Positions 44,756 to 54,838 of a stretch of DNA of 64,000 nt are shown here, piece by piece. A model generated the notes under the pieces. The model was not told the DNA's origin. It did not search any database and worked only from the letters and a program-made list of their open reading frames with translations. Position numbers and translations under genes: made by a program. Source of the stretch: Candidatus Saccharimonadota bacterium (GTDB lineage Bacteria; Patescibacteriota; Saccharimonadia; Saccharimonadales; UBA4665); contig DAHWAT010000001.1 of the NCBI GenBank assembly GCA_027327085.1, positions 3,867-67,866 on the forward strand. The letters run 5' to 3'. The stretch's first letter is position 1; each line of letters begins with the position of its first letter.

Positions 44756-44832
44756 TGGTACCCCGGGAGGGATTCGAACCCCCGACCTTGAGCTTAGAAG
44801 TCTCCTGCTCTATCCAACTGAGCTACCGGGGC
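44756..44832 (-). tRNA. tRNA-Arg (anticodon UCU), CCA encoded; weak anticodon stem
   Basis: The reverse complement reads GCCCCGG TA GCTC AGTTGGATA GAGC A GGAGA CTTCTAA GCTCA AGGTC GGGGG TTCGAAT CCCTC CCGGGGT A CCA. Only 3 Watson-Crick pairs form in the anticodon stem. Confidence 0.75.
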
Positions 44833-44843
44833 TAGGATACTGC

Positions 44844-44918
44844 TGGTGCGGGTGGCGGGAATCGAACCCGCAACTCAATCTTGGAAGGATTGCATGAGAG
44901 CCATTTCACCACACCCGC
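44844..44918 (-). tRNA. tRNA-Gly (anticodon UCC), CCA encoded
   Basis: The reverse complement has GCGGGTG/CACCCGC acceptor, CAATC-CTTCCAA-GATTG anticodon arm and GCGGG-TTCGATT-CCCGC T arm. Confidence 0.9.
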
Positions 44919-44949
44919 GATAAACTAACAGAGGCGATTATATCACAGT

Positions 44950-46479
44950 CTAAATATCATGTAGAACTGTTATTTGAGCTCCTAAGCTATTAAGCCTTTT
45001 GGCTAAATCTTCATAACCTCTGTTTATAGTGTATACGTTTCGCAAAATGGACTGTCCCGGAGCCGCTAGCATGCCTATAAGAAGCATAACTGCTGGTCGT
45101 ATGCCGCTTGGACAAACTAGATCAGCACTTTTCCAACGAGTTGGTCCTTCTATAAAAACTCGATGGGGATCGGCTAACTCTAGATTAACACCTATCTTTT
45201 TAATCTCGGTGTACATGAGAGCTCTATCCTCGTAAACCCAATCGTGAATCAAAGTTCTACCGTTAGCCACCGCGGCAATTGGCACAAAATAGGGTAAATG
45301 ATCAATATTAAGCCCAGGGAAAATGTTAGGATGTATTTTTTCGACAGGAGCAACCAGTTTACCGTTATGTTTATGAATAGTTATGTCTACTAAATCAGTC
45401 TGTCCATTATCTGATTTATATTTACTGCTAATATCTGATTTAAGGCCCATTTTTTCAAGTTTTAATAGTTCCAGTTCAAGAAAATCTATAGGAGCTCTTT
45501 GTATGGTTATAGAAGAGTTAGTAGTAACCGCAGCAGATATAAAAGTCATAGCTTCGACCGGATCTTCTGCCGGAGAATAAGTTACGTTTCTAGAGATATC
45601 TTCTAAGCCTTGAACTTTAAGAGTACTGGTGCCTATCCCATCAATTTTGACACCTAGTTTTGTTAAAAAGAAACACAGATCTTGAACCATGTAATTAGCA
45701 CTGGCCATCTTGATGATAGTTTGACCAGGGGTACGTGCGGCTGCCATTAATATATTTTCGGTAGTTGTATCACCTGATTCATATAAAACAACATCTCTAA
45801 CAGGTAGTTGTCTATTGACACTAATTTCGTACTGACCTGACTTAGTTAAAACACCAACACCAAACTCTTCTAAGCCATAAAGGTGTGGTAAAACAGTTCG
45901 CCTACCTAGATCACAACCACCCGAATATGGGATATTAAACTGCTTAAAAAAATGCATCAAAGGCCCTATCAGCATTAAAACAGATCTTGTTTTAGTGGCA
46001 GCAGCTTTATCGATGTTCGTAAGGTCTAGCTTATTGGGTTGTTTAATTTCAAGGTCATTTTCGCTTGTCCATTTTATGCTAACCCCAATACTTGTTAACA
46101 CTTCAATGATACGGTTAACCTCTTCTATTCTGGCTACGTTTTTTAATCTCGTTACTCCACGATTTAAGAGGCTGGCGCATAATAAAGCAACTGTTGCATT
46201 TTTACTGGTTTTTAAGGTGATAGACCCGCTTAATTCATGTCCACCTTCAATTCTTAGATTAATTGCCCCTTCAGATAGGCTAATTAATTGTTTATTTAAG
46301 ACATCGCTTACCCGACCTAAGGTTTCCAAGCTAAGGTTCTGTCTACCGTGTTCCATGCGATTAACTGCACTTTGGGAGGTATTAAGTTGCCGGGCAAACT
46401 CGGCTTGAGTATAGCCTTTGTCTTGTCTTATTTGAGCAATTAAATGACCAATCTTTTCGTTAGTTGTCGGCATATGCAA
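44950..46479 (-). CDS. murA: XRE-type HTH domain fused to UDP-N-acetylglucosamine 1-carboxyvinyltransferase (MurA)
   Basis: Residues about 8-65, IGHLIAQIRQDKGYTQAEFARQLNTSQSAVNRMEHGRQNLSLETL, form an XRE HTH. The rest is collinear with MurA: GSITLKTSKNATVALLCASLL and the active-site Cys loop YSGGCDLGRRTV. Confidence 0.8.
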   Translation of the reverse strand: MHMPTTNEKIGHLIAQIRQDKGYTQAEFARQLNTSQSAVNRMEHGRQNLSLETLGRVSDVLNKQLISLSEGAINLRIEGGHELSGSITLKTSKNATVALLCASLLNRGVTRLKNVARIEEVNRIIEVLTSIGVSIKWTSENDLEIKQPNKLDLTNIDKAAATKTRSVLMLIGPLMHFFKQFNIPYSGGCDLGRRTVLPHLYGLEEFGVGVLTKSGQYEISVNRQLPVRDVVLYESGDTTTENILMAAARTPGQTIIKMASANYMVQDLCFFLTKLGVKIDGIGTSTLKVQGLEDISRNVTYSPAEDPVEAMTFISAAVTTNSSITIQRAPIDFLELELLKLEKMGLKSDISSKYKSDNGQTDLVDITIHKHNGKLVAPVEKIHPNIFPGLNIDHLPYFVPIAAVANGRTLIHDWVYEDRALMYTEIKKIGVNLELADPHRVFIEGPTRWKSADLVCPSGIRPAVMLLIGMLAAPGQSILRNVYTINRGYEDLAKRLNSLGAQITVLHDI

Positions 46480-46614
46480 TAAATCTTACCATATATGGTG
46501 TTAAATTCAATAAAGTTTTTTGTTTTTGTAAATCTCTAATGTCTAATATAGCACGAATCGTCCAAGACAAGTCAAACTTTTAAGTCTATAATAAGTTCAT
46601 ATTGAGGAGGATTT

Positions 46615-47895
46615 ATGGTAGATAAACAAGTCGCTGATCTTATAGTCGCTGAAGAAAAACGACAACGAGAGGGGTTAGAATTGATTCCTTCCGAAAACTA
46701 CGTCAGCCGTGATGTATTAAATGCAATGGGGAGTGTCTTTACTAATAAATACTCCGAGGGCTTCCCTGGTAAAAGATATTATGGAGGCCAGGTAAATACC
46801 GACAAAGTAGAGCAACTAGCAATAGATCGTGCCAAAAAGCTCTTTAAAGCCGACCACGCTAATGTTCAACCACATAGCGGAGCACCAGCCAATGAAGCTG
46901 TTTATAGCGCCTGGTTAGAGCCGGGTGATACGGTTTTAGCTATGGATCTAAGTCATGGTGGGCATCTTACACATGGCGACCCAAGAACTCGTTCAGCTAA
47001 ACTATATAATTTTATCCCTTACAAAATGAAAGATCCGAATACTGGCGAAATAGACTATGAAAACTTAAGGAAATTAGCTAAAACTCATAAACCAAAAATT
47101 GTACTAGCCGGTTTCAGTGCCTATCCTCAGGAATTAGATTATGCTAAGTTCTCAGAGATTGGTAAAGAGGTTAATGCCTTGTTAGTGGCCGACATGGCTC
47201 ACATAGCCGGTTTAATAGCAGCAGGTGTTGCCAAAAATCCATTTGATTATGGCTTTCATGTCATAACTACAACTACCCATAAAACCCTTAGGGGGCCAAG
47301 AGGCGGCTTAATATTAAGCAAGGGTATTGTCGGCAACCCACTGCAGGCTCCACCAGAAAAAACTATTGAGAATATACCTACGTTAATTGATAGAGCGGTA
47401 TTCCCTGGGATGCAAGGCGGACCTCATGAGCATATCATTGCCGCTAAAGCAGTGGCTTTTGGAGAAGCTATGAAACCTGAATTTAAAACTTATGCCCAAC
47501 AAATACTGCTTAACGCTAAAACTTTAGCCGACGAGATGATTAAGCAGGGATTTATACTAGTTACAGGTGGGACAAGCAATCACCTAATACTAGCAAACGT
47601 AAAAGCCAGTTTTAATTTGGATGGCAGTCAGGTTGAAAACGTACTAGACAAAATTGGTTTAACTCTTAATAAAAACATGATTGCTGATGATCCTTTGCCG
47701 CCCTATAGACCTAGCGGTATTAGATTAGGGACTCCAGCTGTTACAACCAGGGGATTAAAAGAAAAAGATATGATCACCATAGCTAAGTGGATGAGAGCTG
47801 CTATAGATAATATTGATAACGAGCATAAACTTAATAATATAGCCAAAGAAGTACGTAATTTTGCTCTAAAGTTTCCTCTGCCTAGCGATCAATAA
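46615..47895 (+). CDS. glyA: serine hydroxymethyltransferase
   Basis: LELIPSENY, YYGG and TTTTHKTLRGPRGG (PLP lysine). Confidence 0.93.
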   Translation: MVDKQVADLIVAEEKRQREGLELIPSENYVSRDVLNAMGSVFTNKYSEGFPGKRYYGGQVNTDKVEQLAIDRAKKLFKADHANVQPHSGAPANEAVYSAWLEPGDTVLAMDLSHGGHLTHGDPRTRSAKLYNFIPYKMKDPNTGEIDYENLRKLAKTHKPKIVLAGFSAYPQELDYAKFSEIGKEVNALLVADMAHIAGLIAAGVAKNPFDYGFHVITTTTHKTLRGPRGGLILSKGIVGNPLQAPPEKTIENIPTLIDRAVFPGMQGGPHEHIIAAKAVAFGEAMKPEFKTYAQQILLNAKTLADEMIKQGFILVTGGTSNHLILANVKASFNLDGSQVENVLDKIGLTLNKNMIADDPLPPYRPSGIRLGTPAVTTRGLKEKDMITIAKWMRAAIDNIDNEHKLNNIAKEVRNFALKFPLPSDQ

Positions 47896-48535
47896 TTTTC
47901 TTAGTCGCGTAGGCACCTAAGGCTATACCGCCAATCCCGGTAGCTAAAAGGCCTACCGCCAAAGGCTTAATTGGACTTTCAAGTTTTTTAGGATGCCAGT
48001 AAATAATTTGGTTATGAGCCTGTACTAATTGCTCTAGGTCTTTATTTAAATCCTTTGAGTAATCGCTCGACATTAGAGATCTTAACCTTAACCTAGCCCA
48101 CTCTGTTCTTACCGATTCGGGCACGGCATTAGGCAAAAATATTTTATCGCTTAGTTTGGTGGTTAAGCACTTATCTGAGTCGTGTTGGCTAAACGTTTCT
48201 GGTCGACCGTAAGGAGAGAAATGCTCTTCTATTACAGCTTGCCTGTGAGATAAAACAATACTTCTAACTTGGACAACTTGGGGAATTATAGTGCTTGGAG
48301 GATAATCGTCATGCTCTATAACACCCGATAAAAGCTCACCATAACCTCTTATTAGTTCCTGCTGCTGCCTGTGTATCTTTGCTGGCAGGATACGCTGGTT
48401 AGTTGACAACCAGGTTTTTATTCCTCCAACCAGAAACTCAGCTTCATTGGTTAGGTGTAAATCTAATACTGACTCTAAACCAGCAGGACCAACGGGGTCC
48501 ATAAACTCCGGAGTTGATAAGTTATCCACACTCAT
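47882..48535 (-). CDS. tail-anchored hypothetical protein
   Basis: 217 aa with a single C-terminal TM helix (PLAVGLLATGIGGIALGAYA). Its 3' end overlaps glyA convergently by 14 nt. Confidence 0.45.
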   Translation of the reverse strand: MSVDNLSTPEFMDPVGPAGLESVLDLHLTNEAEFLVGGIKTWLSTNQRILPAKIHRQQQELIRGYGELLSGVIEHDDYPPSTIIPQVVQVRSIVLSHRQAVIEEHFSPYGRPETFSQHDSDKCLTTKLSDKIFLPNAVPESVRTEWARLRLRSLMSSDYSKDLNKDLEQLVQAHNQIIYWHPKKLESPIKPLAVGLLATGIGGIALGAYATKKIIDR

Positions 48536-48595
48536 AGAAGATAATAATAGTCATATATTATAATAATTTCAACACTTTTTTGTTAATTTAATCAG

Positions 48596-49633
48596 CTATG
48601 GCAATAGTTCAGGTTCTTGCTGAAGCTCAATGCCAAACCTTGCTTGAACTACAGAGACAATTTTTTCCTTAAATAACAACAGGTCATTAGTTGATTTGGC
48701 GTGTTCGTTGACAAGAACTAATGGCTGATTTTCCCAAGTCGCCATACCGGTTTCTTGGTCATGGTAATTCTTATAACCGGCTTTTTCAATTAACCAGGCA
48801 GCTGATACTTTAAACAGTCCGTTGTCGGTTGGCCAACTAACTAAATCTGGGAAAAGAGTCTTTAGCTGTTGCTCACTTTCCTGACTTATTAAGGGATTAG
48901 CAAAGAAAGAACCACAATTATGGATTGTCTTTGGGTCAGGTAATTTATGTTTTCTTATTTGAATAACAGCCTGGCGAACAGTTTCTGGTGTAAAATCAGT
49001 TATCTTTTGATCGTTAAAATAATTAGTTACATCTTTATAGAATGGTGGTTCAGGGTTTGTCTTTTTAAGCCTAAGCTTTAACTTGGTAATATAGAAACGA
49101 CCACGCTCAGAAGTTTTAAAGCGACTAGTTCTATAGCCAAATCCACAGTCTGCGTTATCGATTGTAAAAAATTTATTTTCTAAAGCATCATAGACTCTGA
49201 TATTAACTAGACTTTGAGATATCTCTTGGCCATATGCTCCAACATTTTGAATAGGCGTAGCTCCTGTTTTGCCCGGTATTAAACTCAAGGCTTCTATGCC
49301 GCTAAGCTCTTCGCTAGTAGATTGTTCAACAATTTTGTCCCATATCTCCCCAGCTCCAACAGTTAATAGATAACTATTGCTAGTTTCTTTATGTATATCA
49401 AAATAATTAATATCATTTACAATGACTAAACCTTCAAAAAGACCGTCTTGCCAAACGATATTACTCCCCTCGCCGATAATTATGCTATGGAGCTTATTGG
49501 CTTTAGCAAAACTCATCGCCTCAACTAATTCAGTTTCGTTCGAAACGCGCACTAAATATCTGACTTTACCACCTAGAGCCATGGTAGAAAAATTGGCTAG
49601 ATCAACATTTTCTTGAAACCGCATTAGCCTCAT
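48596..49633 (-). CDS. murB: UDP-N-acetylenolpyruvoylglucosamine reductase
   Basis: FAD-binding N-terminus with ANFSTMALGG and IIGEGSNIV. C-terminal MurB domain with GSFFANP and SAAWLIEKAGYK. Confidence 0.88.
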   Translation of the reverse strand: MRLMRFQENVDLANFSTMALGGKVRYLVRVSNETELVEAMSFAKANKLHSIIIGEGSNIVWQDGLFEGLVIVNDINYFDIHKETSNSYLLTVGAGEIWDKIVEQSTSEELSGIEALSLIPGKTGATPIQNVGAYGQEISQSLVNIRVYDALENKFFTIDNADCGFGYRTSRFKTSERGRFYITKLKLRLKKTNPEPPFYKDVTNYFNDQKITDFTPETVRQAVIQIRKHKLPDPKTIHNCGSFFANPLISQESEQQLKTLFPDLVSWPTDNGLFKVSAAWLIEKAGYKNYHDQETGMATWENQPLVLVNEHAKSTNDLLLFKEKIVSVVQARFGIELQQEPELLP

Positions 49634-49679
49634 TATACAAGCGTGGTTAAGCTTGCACTAGAGTTATAACAAGCTTAAA

Positions 49680-50252
49680 ATGTTTAGTATGCTCAATAGA
49701 GAAAGACCCTATTTCAAATTAGGCGATAAACTTAAACAGTTTAGAGAGAGATCTAAATTAAGTTTATCTGAAGTTTCCGATGCACTTGAAATAGACGAAA
49801 AACGATTGCAAAAAATTGAAGCTGGTGCGGTCAGGCCGGATGAAGATTTAATGCTTCTTATGATCAACTACTTTAATATGTTGGATCAAGAAGCCTTGAA
49901 GGTATGGCAATTAGCTGATTATGATACAGAATTAGGGGATCATCTTATGTTTGAAGAAAATGTAATAGATAATACGTCTCAAGCAAAACCAGTCATAGTT
50001 TTAATTGCTAATGAGCCCAAAACTATGTATACAGATGGGGTATCGGTCGGTTGGAATAAAGCCGGTTTAACCATGGAATTTACACAGGCTACTCCTAAAG
50101 GCCAAATCAGTATTGCAAAATTAGGCATGAGTTACGAACAGTCCATAGAAGTACTAAAGTGCTTAGAATCAGCTATACTCAAAGCTAAATATACTGAAAA
50201 GTTTAAACTACTCCCGCCAAAGATTGATCAGCAAAATAGTAAGGGTAAGTGA
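49680..50252 (+). CDS. XRE-family HTH protein with unknown C-terminal domain
   Basis: LGDKLKQFRERSKLSLSEVSDALEIDEKRLQKIEAG. It is divergent from murB. Confidence 0.65.
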   Translation: MFSMLNRERPYFKLGDKLKQFRERSKLSLSEVSDALEIDEKRLQKIEAGAVRPDEDLMLLMINYFNMLDQEALKVWQLADYDTELGDHLMFEENVIDNTSQAKPVIVLIANEPKTMYTDGVSVGWNKAGLTMEFTQATPKGQISIAKLGMSYEQSIEVLKCLESAILKAKYTEKFKLLPPKIDQQNSKGK

Positions 50253-50500
50253 GGTAATAATTCTTACTGCATCAAACCTTGCCTAGTTGTATTCTAGCCA
50301 CATAATTTAAAAAATAAGGATGCTTTATGACAATTGAAAGTATGTTAGGCAATTTACAGGTTTTAGCCAGTCGTAACGCTAAAAAACTTAAGGCCAAAAA
50401 TAAACTGACTAAAATAGTTTAAGTATTTTAGAAAAATGCTAAAAATATAGCCTGATTTATGTCTTTATGAATCATGATCTCTGATACAATATAGCCATCA

Positions 50501-50577
50501 GCGCCCGTAGCTCAGCGGATTAGAGCGTCTGTCTTCGGAACAGAAAGTCGGGGGTTCGAATCCCTCCGGGCGTACCA
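50501..50577 (+). tRNA. tRNA-Arg (anticodon UCG), CCA encoded
   Basis: GCGCCCG/CGGGCGT acceptor, TCTGT-CTTCGGA-ACAGA anticodon arm and GGGGG-TTCGAAT-CCCTC T arm. Confidence 0.9.
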
Positions 50578-50665
50578 ATTTAAGGCTTCCCTTCTTATTG
50601 AAAATAGTCCTGAATCACAACATATAGTTGCTCAAGTTCTCTAGATTATTTTATAATTCTAAGTA

Positions 50666-51256
50666 ATGAGCAAGGAGAAAATAGCTGTTGATGTTGATGA
50701 GGTTTTGTTCCCTTTTGTTGAAGAATTCATTAAAGACCATAACATTCGTTTTGCAACTGGCTTAAACAAGAGCCAATTTCATAGTTACGACTTTTCTGAA
50801 CCACTAGGGCTTGATGCACCCAAGACAGCAGAAAAAGTGTATGCTTTCCAAAAACAACTAGGCAGTAAAGGCGTTAAGCCATTGGATAAATCAATAGAGG
50901 CAGTTGCTAAATTATCCAAGCACTATGATTTAGCGATAGTGACAGCAAGACACCCCCAATTTGAACCTATGACTACTAAATGGCTAAGGGAGCATTTTGA
51001 AGATAGTTTTGCCAGCATAACCCATATTGGTTATGCGCAAGTAATGGAAAAGCCAAGGACCAAAGCTGAAGTTTGTTTAGAGCTAGGGGCAATCGCGTTA
51101 ATTGATGACACAATAGACCATATTGTTGAGTGTTCGCAATCAGGTGTCAAAGGAGTATTATTCGGTAATTATCCTTGGAATCAAACTGAAGTTTTGCCGC
51201 CTAATGTAACTCGCTGTTCTAACTGGCAAGAAGTATTAGAAAATTTTGGCCTTTAG
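50666..51256 (+). CDS. HAD-superfamily 5'(3')-deoxyribonucleotidase-like hydrolase
   Basis: IAVDVDEVLFPF (DxDxV nucleophile motif), IVTAR and LIDD motifs. Confidence 0.55.
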   Translation: MSKEKIAVDVDEVLFPFVEEFIKDHNIRFATGLNKSQFHSYDFSEPLGLDAPKTAEKVYAFQKQLGSKGVKPLDKSIEAVAKLSKHYDLAIVTARHPQFEPMTTKWLREHFEDSFASITHIGYAQVMEKPRTKAEVCLELGAIALIDDTIDHIVECSQSGVKGVLFGNYPWNQTEVLPPNVTRCSNWQEVLENFGL

Positions 51257-51575
51257 GTTATGGTCATTCTTTAAATAGTTCTTAATAGTGTGAAGCTCTC
51301 GTGAAATTCCAATAATAAATTGATAATATTTATTTCTAATCATAACTAATAGAGTGCACCGGCAAGGAAATAATTATATAGCCATAGAGGTTGTAGTTAT
51401 TGATGCTCATATTTATCAGTTACTTAACGGCTTTTGTTTGGTACAATCTGCATTAAACCAGGGTCAGCGACCCTAAAATTGCTGGTATTACTAATTGTTA
51501 TAATACTTTTACATAAATGAGTAAAATTAGAAAATTCATGGGAATATATCAGAAAGCAATGGTACAGTATTAACT

Positions 51576-52712
51576 ATGCCTAGGCAAAACTTAGTAAATT
51601 ATGAAGTTAACCGAACTATTGCTGCACCTTTAAAGAGTTCGGGTAGAGCAGCTGTTAGGCCTAAAAAGTCAAAGTGGTCACGAAAAAGGAAGGTTTTAAC
51701 TTCAGTGCTAATTACTCTAGCGATAATCGTCGGTGTAGGTATTTGGTTTGGTGCTGGTATTATTGGTAATTTAGACAAACTGTTCCATGGCAACATATTT
51801 AGCGATATTCACGCTTTCTTTTCTACAACTCAACTAAAAGGCGAGAATGAAGGTCGAGTAAATATCCTTTTAGCAGGCTATCAAGGTAAAAATAGTGATG
51901 AAGGGCCATTAACCGACTCGATAATGATAGTCAGTTTGGATACGAAAAATAATACTGCTTTTACTATGAGTATTCCCCGTGATCTATGGGTAAAAATACC
52001 GGGTATTGGTCAACAAAAAATAAATGCAGCTAATACTAATACCAGTTTTAATGAACCAGGTTATTTTAAAGGAGGCATGGGGGATCTACAATCAATCATT
52101 GAACAAGATTTTCATATTCCTATTGATTATTACGCCCTGATTGATTACAACGCCTTTGAAGGTGCGGTTAATGCAGTCGGTGGCATAACAGTTGATATCA
52201 AAAGCCCCGATCCAAGGGGTTTATATGACCCTAATGTCGATAAGGCTGACGGCGGTCCCTTAATTTTACCTAACGGACCAGTTAATTTAGACGGTAAGCA
52301 AGCTTTGGCTTTGGCTGTAGCAAGAGGTGATTCACCTTACGCATACGGATTTCCCTTAAGTGATATTAACCGTACTCAGCATCAACGCCAAATGCTGATT
52401 GCTTTAGAGCAGAAGGCCTCAAGTACAGGCGTGCTAACCAACCCCATAACTATAACTCAGCTAGTTAATAGTTTTGCTAGTAATGTAAAAACAAACTTAA
52501 GTCTGCCTGACGTACTTGAGCTAGCTAGACTTATAAAACACGTGAATTTCAATAATATTAAGTCGTACGGATTAACATACTCCGGTAATGGACCGGAGGC
52601 TTTACTGACTACTTTTTATGCTCCAAACGGATCAGACGCTTTAATTCCAAGAGCTGGTGAGTTTAATTACAGTGCCATTCAGGCCTACTATAATCAAATA
52701 ACCGGTAACTAA
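51576..52712 (+). CDS. LytR-CpsA-Psr (LCP) family cell-envelope phosphotransferase
   Basis: N-terminal TM anchor, NILLAGYQG...LTDSIMIVSLD, SIPRDLWVKIPG and QALALAVARG. Confidence 0.8.
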   Translation: MPRQNLVNYEVNRTIAAPLKSSGRAAVRPKKSKWSRKRKVLTSVLITLAIIVGVGIWFGAGIIGNLDKLFHGNIFSDIHAFFSTTQLKGENEGRVNILLAGYQGKNSDEGPLTDSIMIVSLDTKNNTAFTMSIPRDLWVKIPGIGQQKINAANTNTSFNEPGYFKGGMGDLQSIIEQDFHIPIDYYALIDYNAFEGAVNAVGGITVDIKSPDPRGLYDPNVDKADGGPLILPNGPVNLDGKQALALAVARGDSPYAYGFPLSDINRTQHQRQMLIALEQKASSTGVLTNPITITQLVNSFASNVKTNLSLPDVLELARLIKHVNFNNIKSYGLTYSGNGPEALLTTFYAPNGSDALIPRAGEFNYSAIQAYYNQITGN

Positions 52713-52800
52713 TCCAGTCAGTCTTGCCTTTATATAGACTTGCCGGCTAAAAGATAATTAACTTATCAGTTAAACTGCTTGACTAAGTTATAATTAAAAT

Positions 52801-53637
52801 ATGTCGCCTCTGGATTTTGTTGTATCTCTTGGAATTATCTCGATTGCGGCCGGTCTGTTAGGTTCTTTGGTTGGTCTGGGAGGTGGCATTATTATAGTGC
52901 CAGTACTGACACTTATCTATCATATTGATATTAGATTAGCCATTGGTGCCTCAATTCTATCAGTTATTGCTACATCTTCAGGAGCAGCTGTTACATATAT
53001 ACGCGAGCATCTGACAAATCTAAGAGCTGGCATGTTTCTGGAAATAGCCACCACAACCGGGGCTGTTACCGGTGCATATATTACTACCCTTATAGGCAGC
53101 AAATCTTTATTTATCCTTTTTGCAATTGTCTTAATCTACTCTGCCTTTTCGATGTTTCACAACCGCCATAAATCAGTTATTCTAACCGATTCTAAAGATA
53201 GGATCGCTAATTATTTAAACTTGCATGGTTCATACTACGATCAAACTGAACATCAGGAGATTAGTTATAAAGTTTCTGGTACTAAATTAGGGCTTGGCTT
53301 AATGTATATAGCCGGTATGATTTCAGCTTTGTTGGGGGTTGGTTCTGGCGCTTTAAAAGTCCCTGCTATGGATATTGCCATGCATATACCGATTAAAGCT
53401 TCGGCCGCTACGAGTGATTTTATGATTGGCGTAACAGCAGCAGCTAGTGCTGGAGCTTATTTTGCTCGAGGACAAATTAATCCTATTATTGCCGCCCCAA
53501 TCGTTATTGGTGTATTAATTGGAGCGGTAATTGGATCGCGTTTACTGAGTCATGTTACTTCTCGTTACGTTCAAGGCTTATTTATCTTAGTACTAATTGT
53601 TGTAGCTATAGAAATGTTGCAAAGGGGTCTTTCATGA
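52801..53637 (+). CDS. TauE/SafE (TSUP) family anion exporter
   Basis: About 8 TM helices with internal duplication (GLGGGIIIVP / GVGSGALKVP). Confidence 0.75.
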   Translation: MSPLDFVVSLGIISIAAGLLGSLVGLGGGIIIVPVLTLIYHIDIRLAIGASILSVIATSSGAAVTYIREHLTNLRAGMFLEIATTTGAVTGAYITTLIGSKSLFILFAIVLIYSAFSMFHNRHKSVILTDSKDRIANYLNLHGSYYDQTEHQEISYKVSGTKLGLGLMYIAGMISALLGVGSGALKVPAMDIAMHIPIKASAATSDFMIGVTAAASAGAYFARGQINPIIAAPIVIGVLIGAVIGSRLLSHVTSRYVQGLFILVLIVVAIEMLQRGLS

Positions 53638-54011
53638 GTAGTCAACAATCCATGAAGAAGGCTGAGCTTATAGTAAGCACGGTTTTACAGGTTGGTGTTA
53701 TTTTAAGCACCTTGACTATTTTAGCTGGGACCGTGTTGCTGTTTTCTAACATGGGTAATGGTCAAAGTTCTTATCGCCGATACGTGACAGTTAATTATTC
53801 TTTCCCTCATACAATTTCAACACTTAAATCAGCCTTGTTGGCTGGTTCAGGTACCGGTTTTATAGAAATAGGGGTATTTCTTTTAATACTGACGCCTATC
53901 CTAAGGGTCGCAACTTCAATTTTGATATTTAAACGTCAAAAAGACACGCCGATGACTTTAGTTACTTTATTTGTTCTCCTGGTCCTGATAAGCTCATTTG
54001 TTTTAAAGTGA
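53634..54011 (+). CDS. DUF1634-type small membrane protein (usual TSUP partner)
   Basis: ATGA overlap with the TSUP gene. It has 3-4 TM helices and is 125 aa long. Confidence 0.55.
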   Translation: MSSQQSMKKAELIVSTVLQVGVILSTLTILAGTVLLFSNMGNGQSSYRRYVTVNYSFPHTISTLKSALLAGSGTGFIEIGVFLLILTPILRVATSILIFKRQKDTPMTLVTLFVLLVLISSFVLK

Positions 54012-54054
54012 GTTCTTTATAATTTAACCCTAGTATATAGGCTATAATTAAAGT

Positions 54055-54549
54055 ATGGATCAAGTGCAAGTTGTATATCTAGCTGGCGGCTGTTTTTGGG
54101 GATTAGAAGAACTATTTAAGCATGAACATGGGGTTACCGAAACCGAAGTTGGTTATTGTGGTGGCAGTAACGATAATCCGACTTATGAATACCATCCAGG
54201 TCATGCCGAGACTGTGGCAGTCTATTATGATCCTAGTAAAACTAGCTTGGATAAACTGTTGGATTTTTTCTTTCGAGTGCATGATCCAACTACTTTGAAT
54301 CGGCAGGGTAACGACAAAGGCTCATCTTATCGCTCAGCAATATTTTATACAAATGAATCAGAGCTAAAAATTGCCCAGTCTATCATTGACAAAGTTAACG
54401 CTTCAGGACTGTATAAAGATCCAGTGGTAACGAGCTTAGAAAAATATAAGCAGTTTTTTCTTGCCGAAGACTATCACCAAGACTATCTGGAAAAACACCC
54501 CGGAGGCTACACTTGTCATTATTTAAGAACTGATGCTAGTTTTATTTGA
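54055..54549 (+). CDS. msrA: peptide-methionine (S)-S-oxide reductase
   Basis: GGCFWG active site, GHAETV and DYHQDYL. Confidence 0.92.
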   Translation: MDQVQVVYLAGGCFWGLEELFKHEHGVTETEVGYCGGSNDNPTYEYHPGHAETVAVYYDPSKTSLDKLLDFFFRVHDPTTLNRQGNDKGSSYRSAIFYTNESELKIAQSIIDKVNASGLYKDPVVTSLEKYKQFFLAEDYHQDYLEKHPGGYTCHYLRTDASFI

Positions 54550-54604
54550 GTGTCGTCCTGGTATTAAGGTATAATTAACGGCCGAGAGGTAAAATATAAG
54601 TTAT

Positions 54605-54682
54605 GGTGCCTGTAGCTCAGTTGGTTAGAGCGTCGGGTTGTGGTCCCGAAGGCCGTGAGTTCAAGTCTCATCAGGCACCCCA
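54605..54682 (+). tRNA. tRNA-His (anticodon GUG) with genome-encoded G-1 and CCA
   Basis: G-1 precedes GTGCCTG/CAGGCAC, the discriminator is C, and the anticodon arm is TCGGG-TTGTGGT-CCCGA. Confidence 0.9.
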
Positions 54683-54838
54683 AGCTTAAGCGATATTTAG
54701 TTTTATAGTTTAATTAGCACAAGTGGTTTGACTTAGAATAAATCATTCATTAGAATTTATGATTATGTTTAACTTGTTAAGAGTTGTGGTTTTGCTGAAG
54801 CGTCTATTATCTCGTGGATTACTTTTGTTGCTACATGA

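Noticed and set aside
50327-50422. 31-codon ORF (MTIESMLGNLQVLASRNAKKLKAKNKLTKIV) with an AAGGA RBS upstream of tRNA-Arg(UCG)
   Set aside because: It is plausible as a small basic peptide. It has no recognisable family (it is not L34 or L36), and sequence alone cannot show that it is translated.
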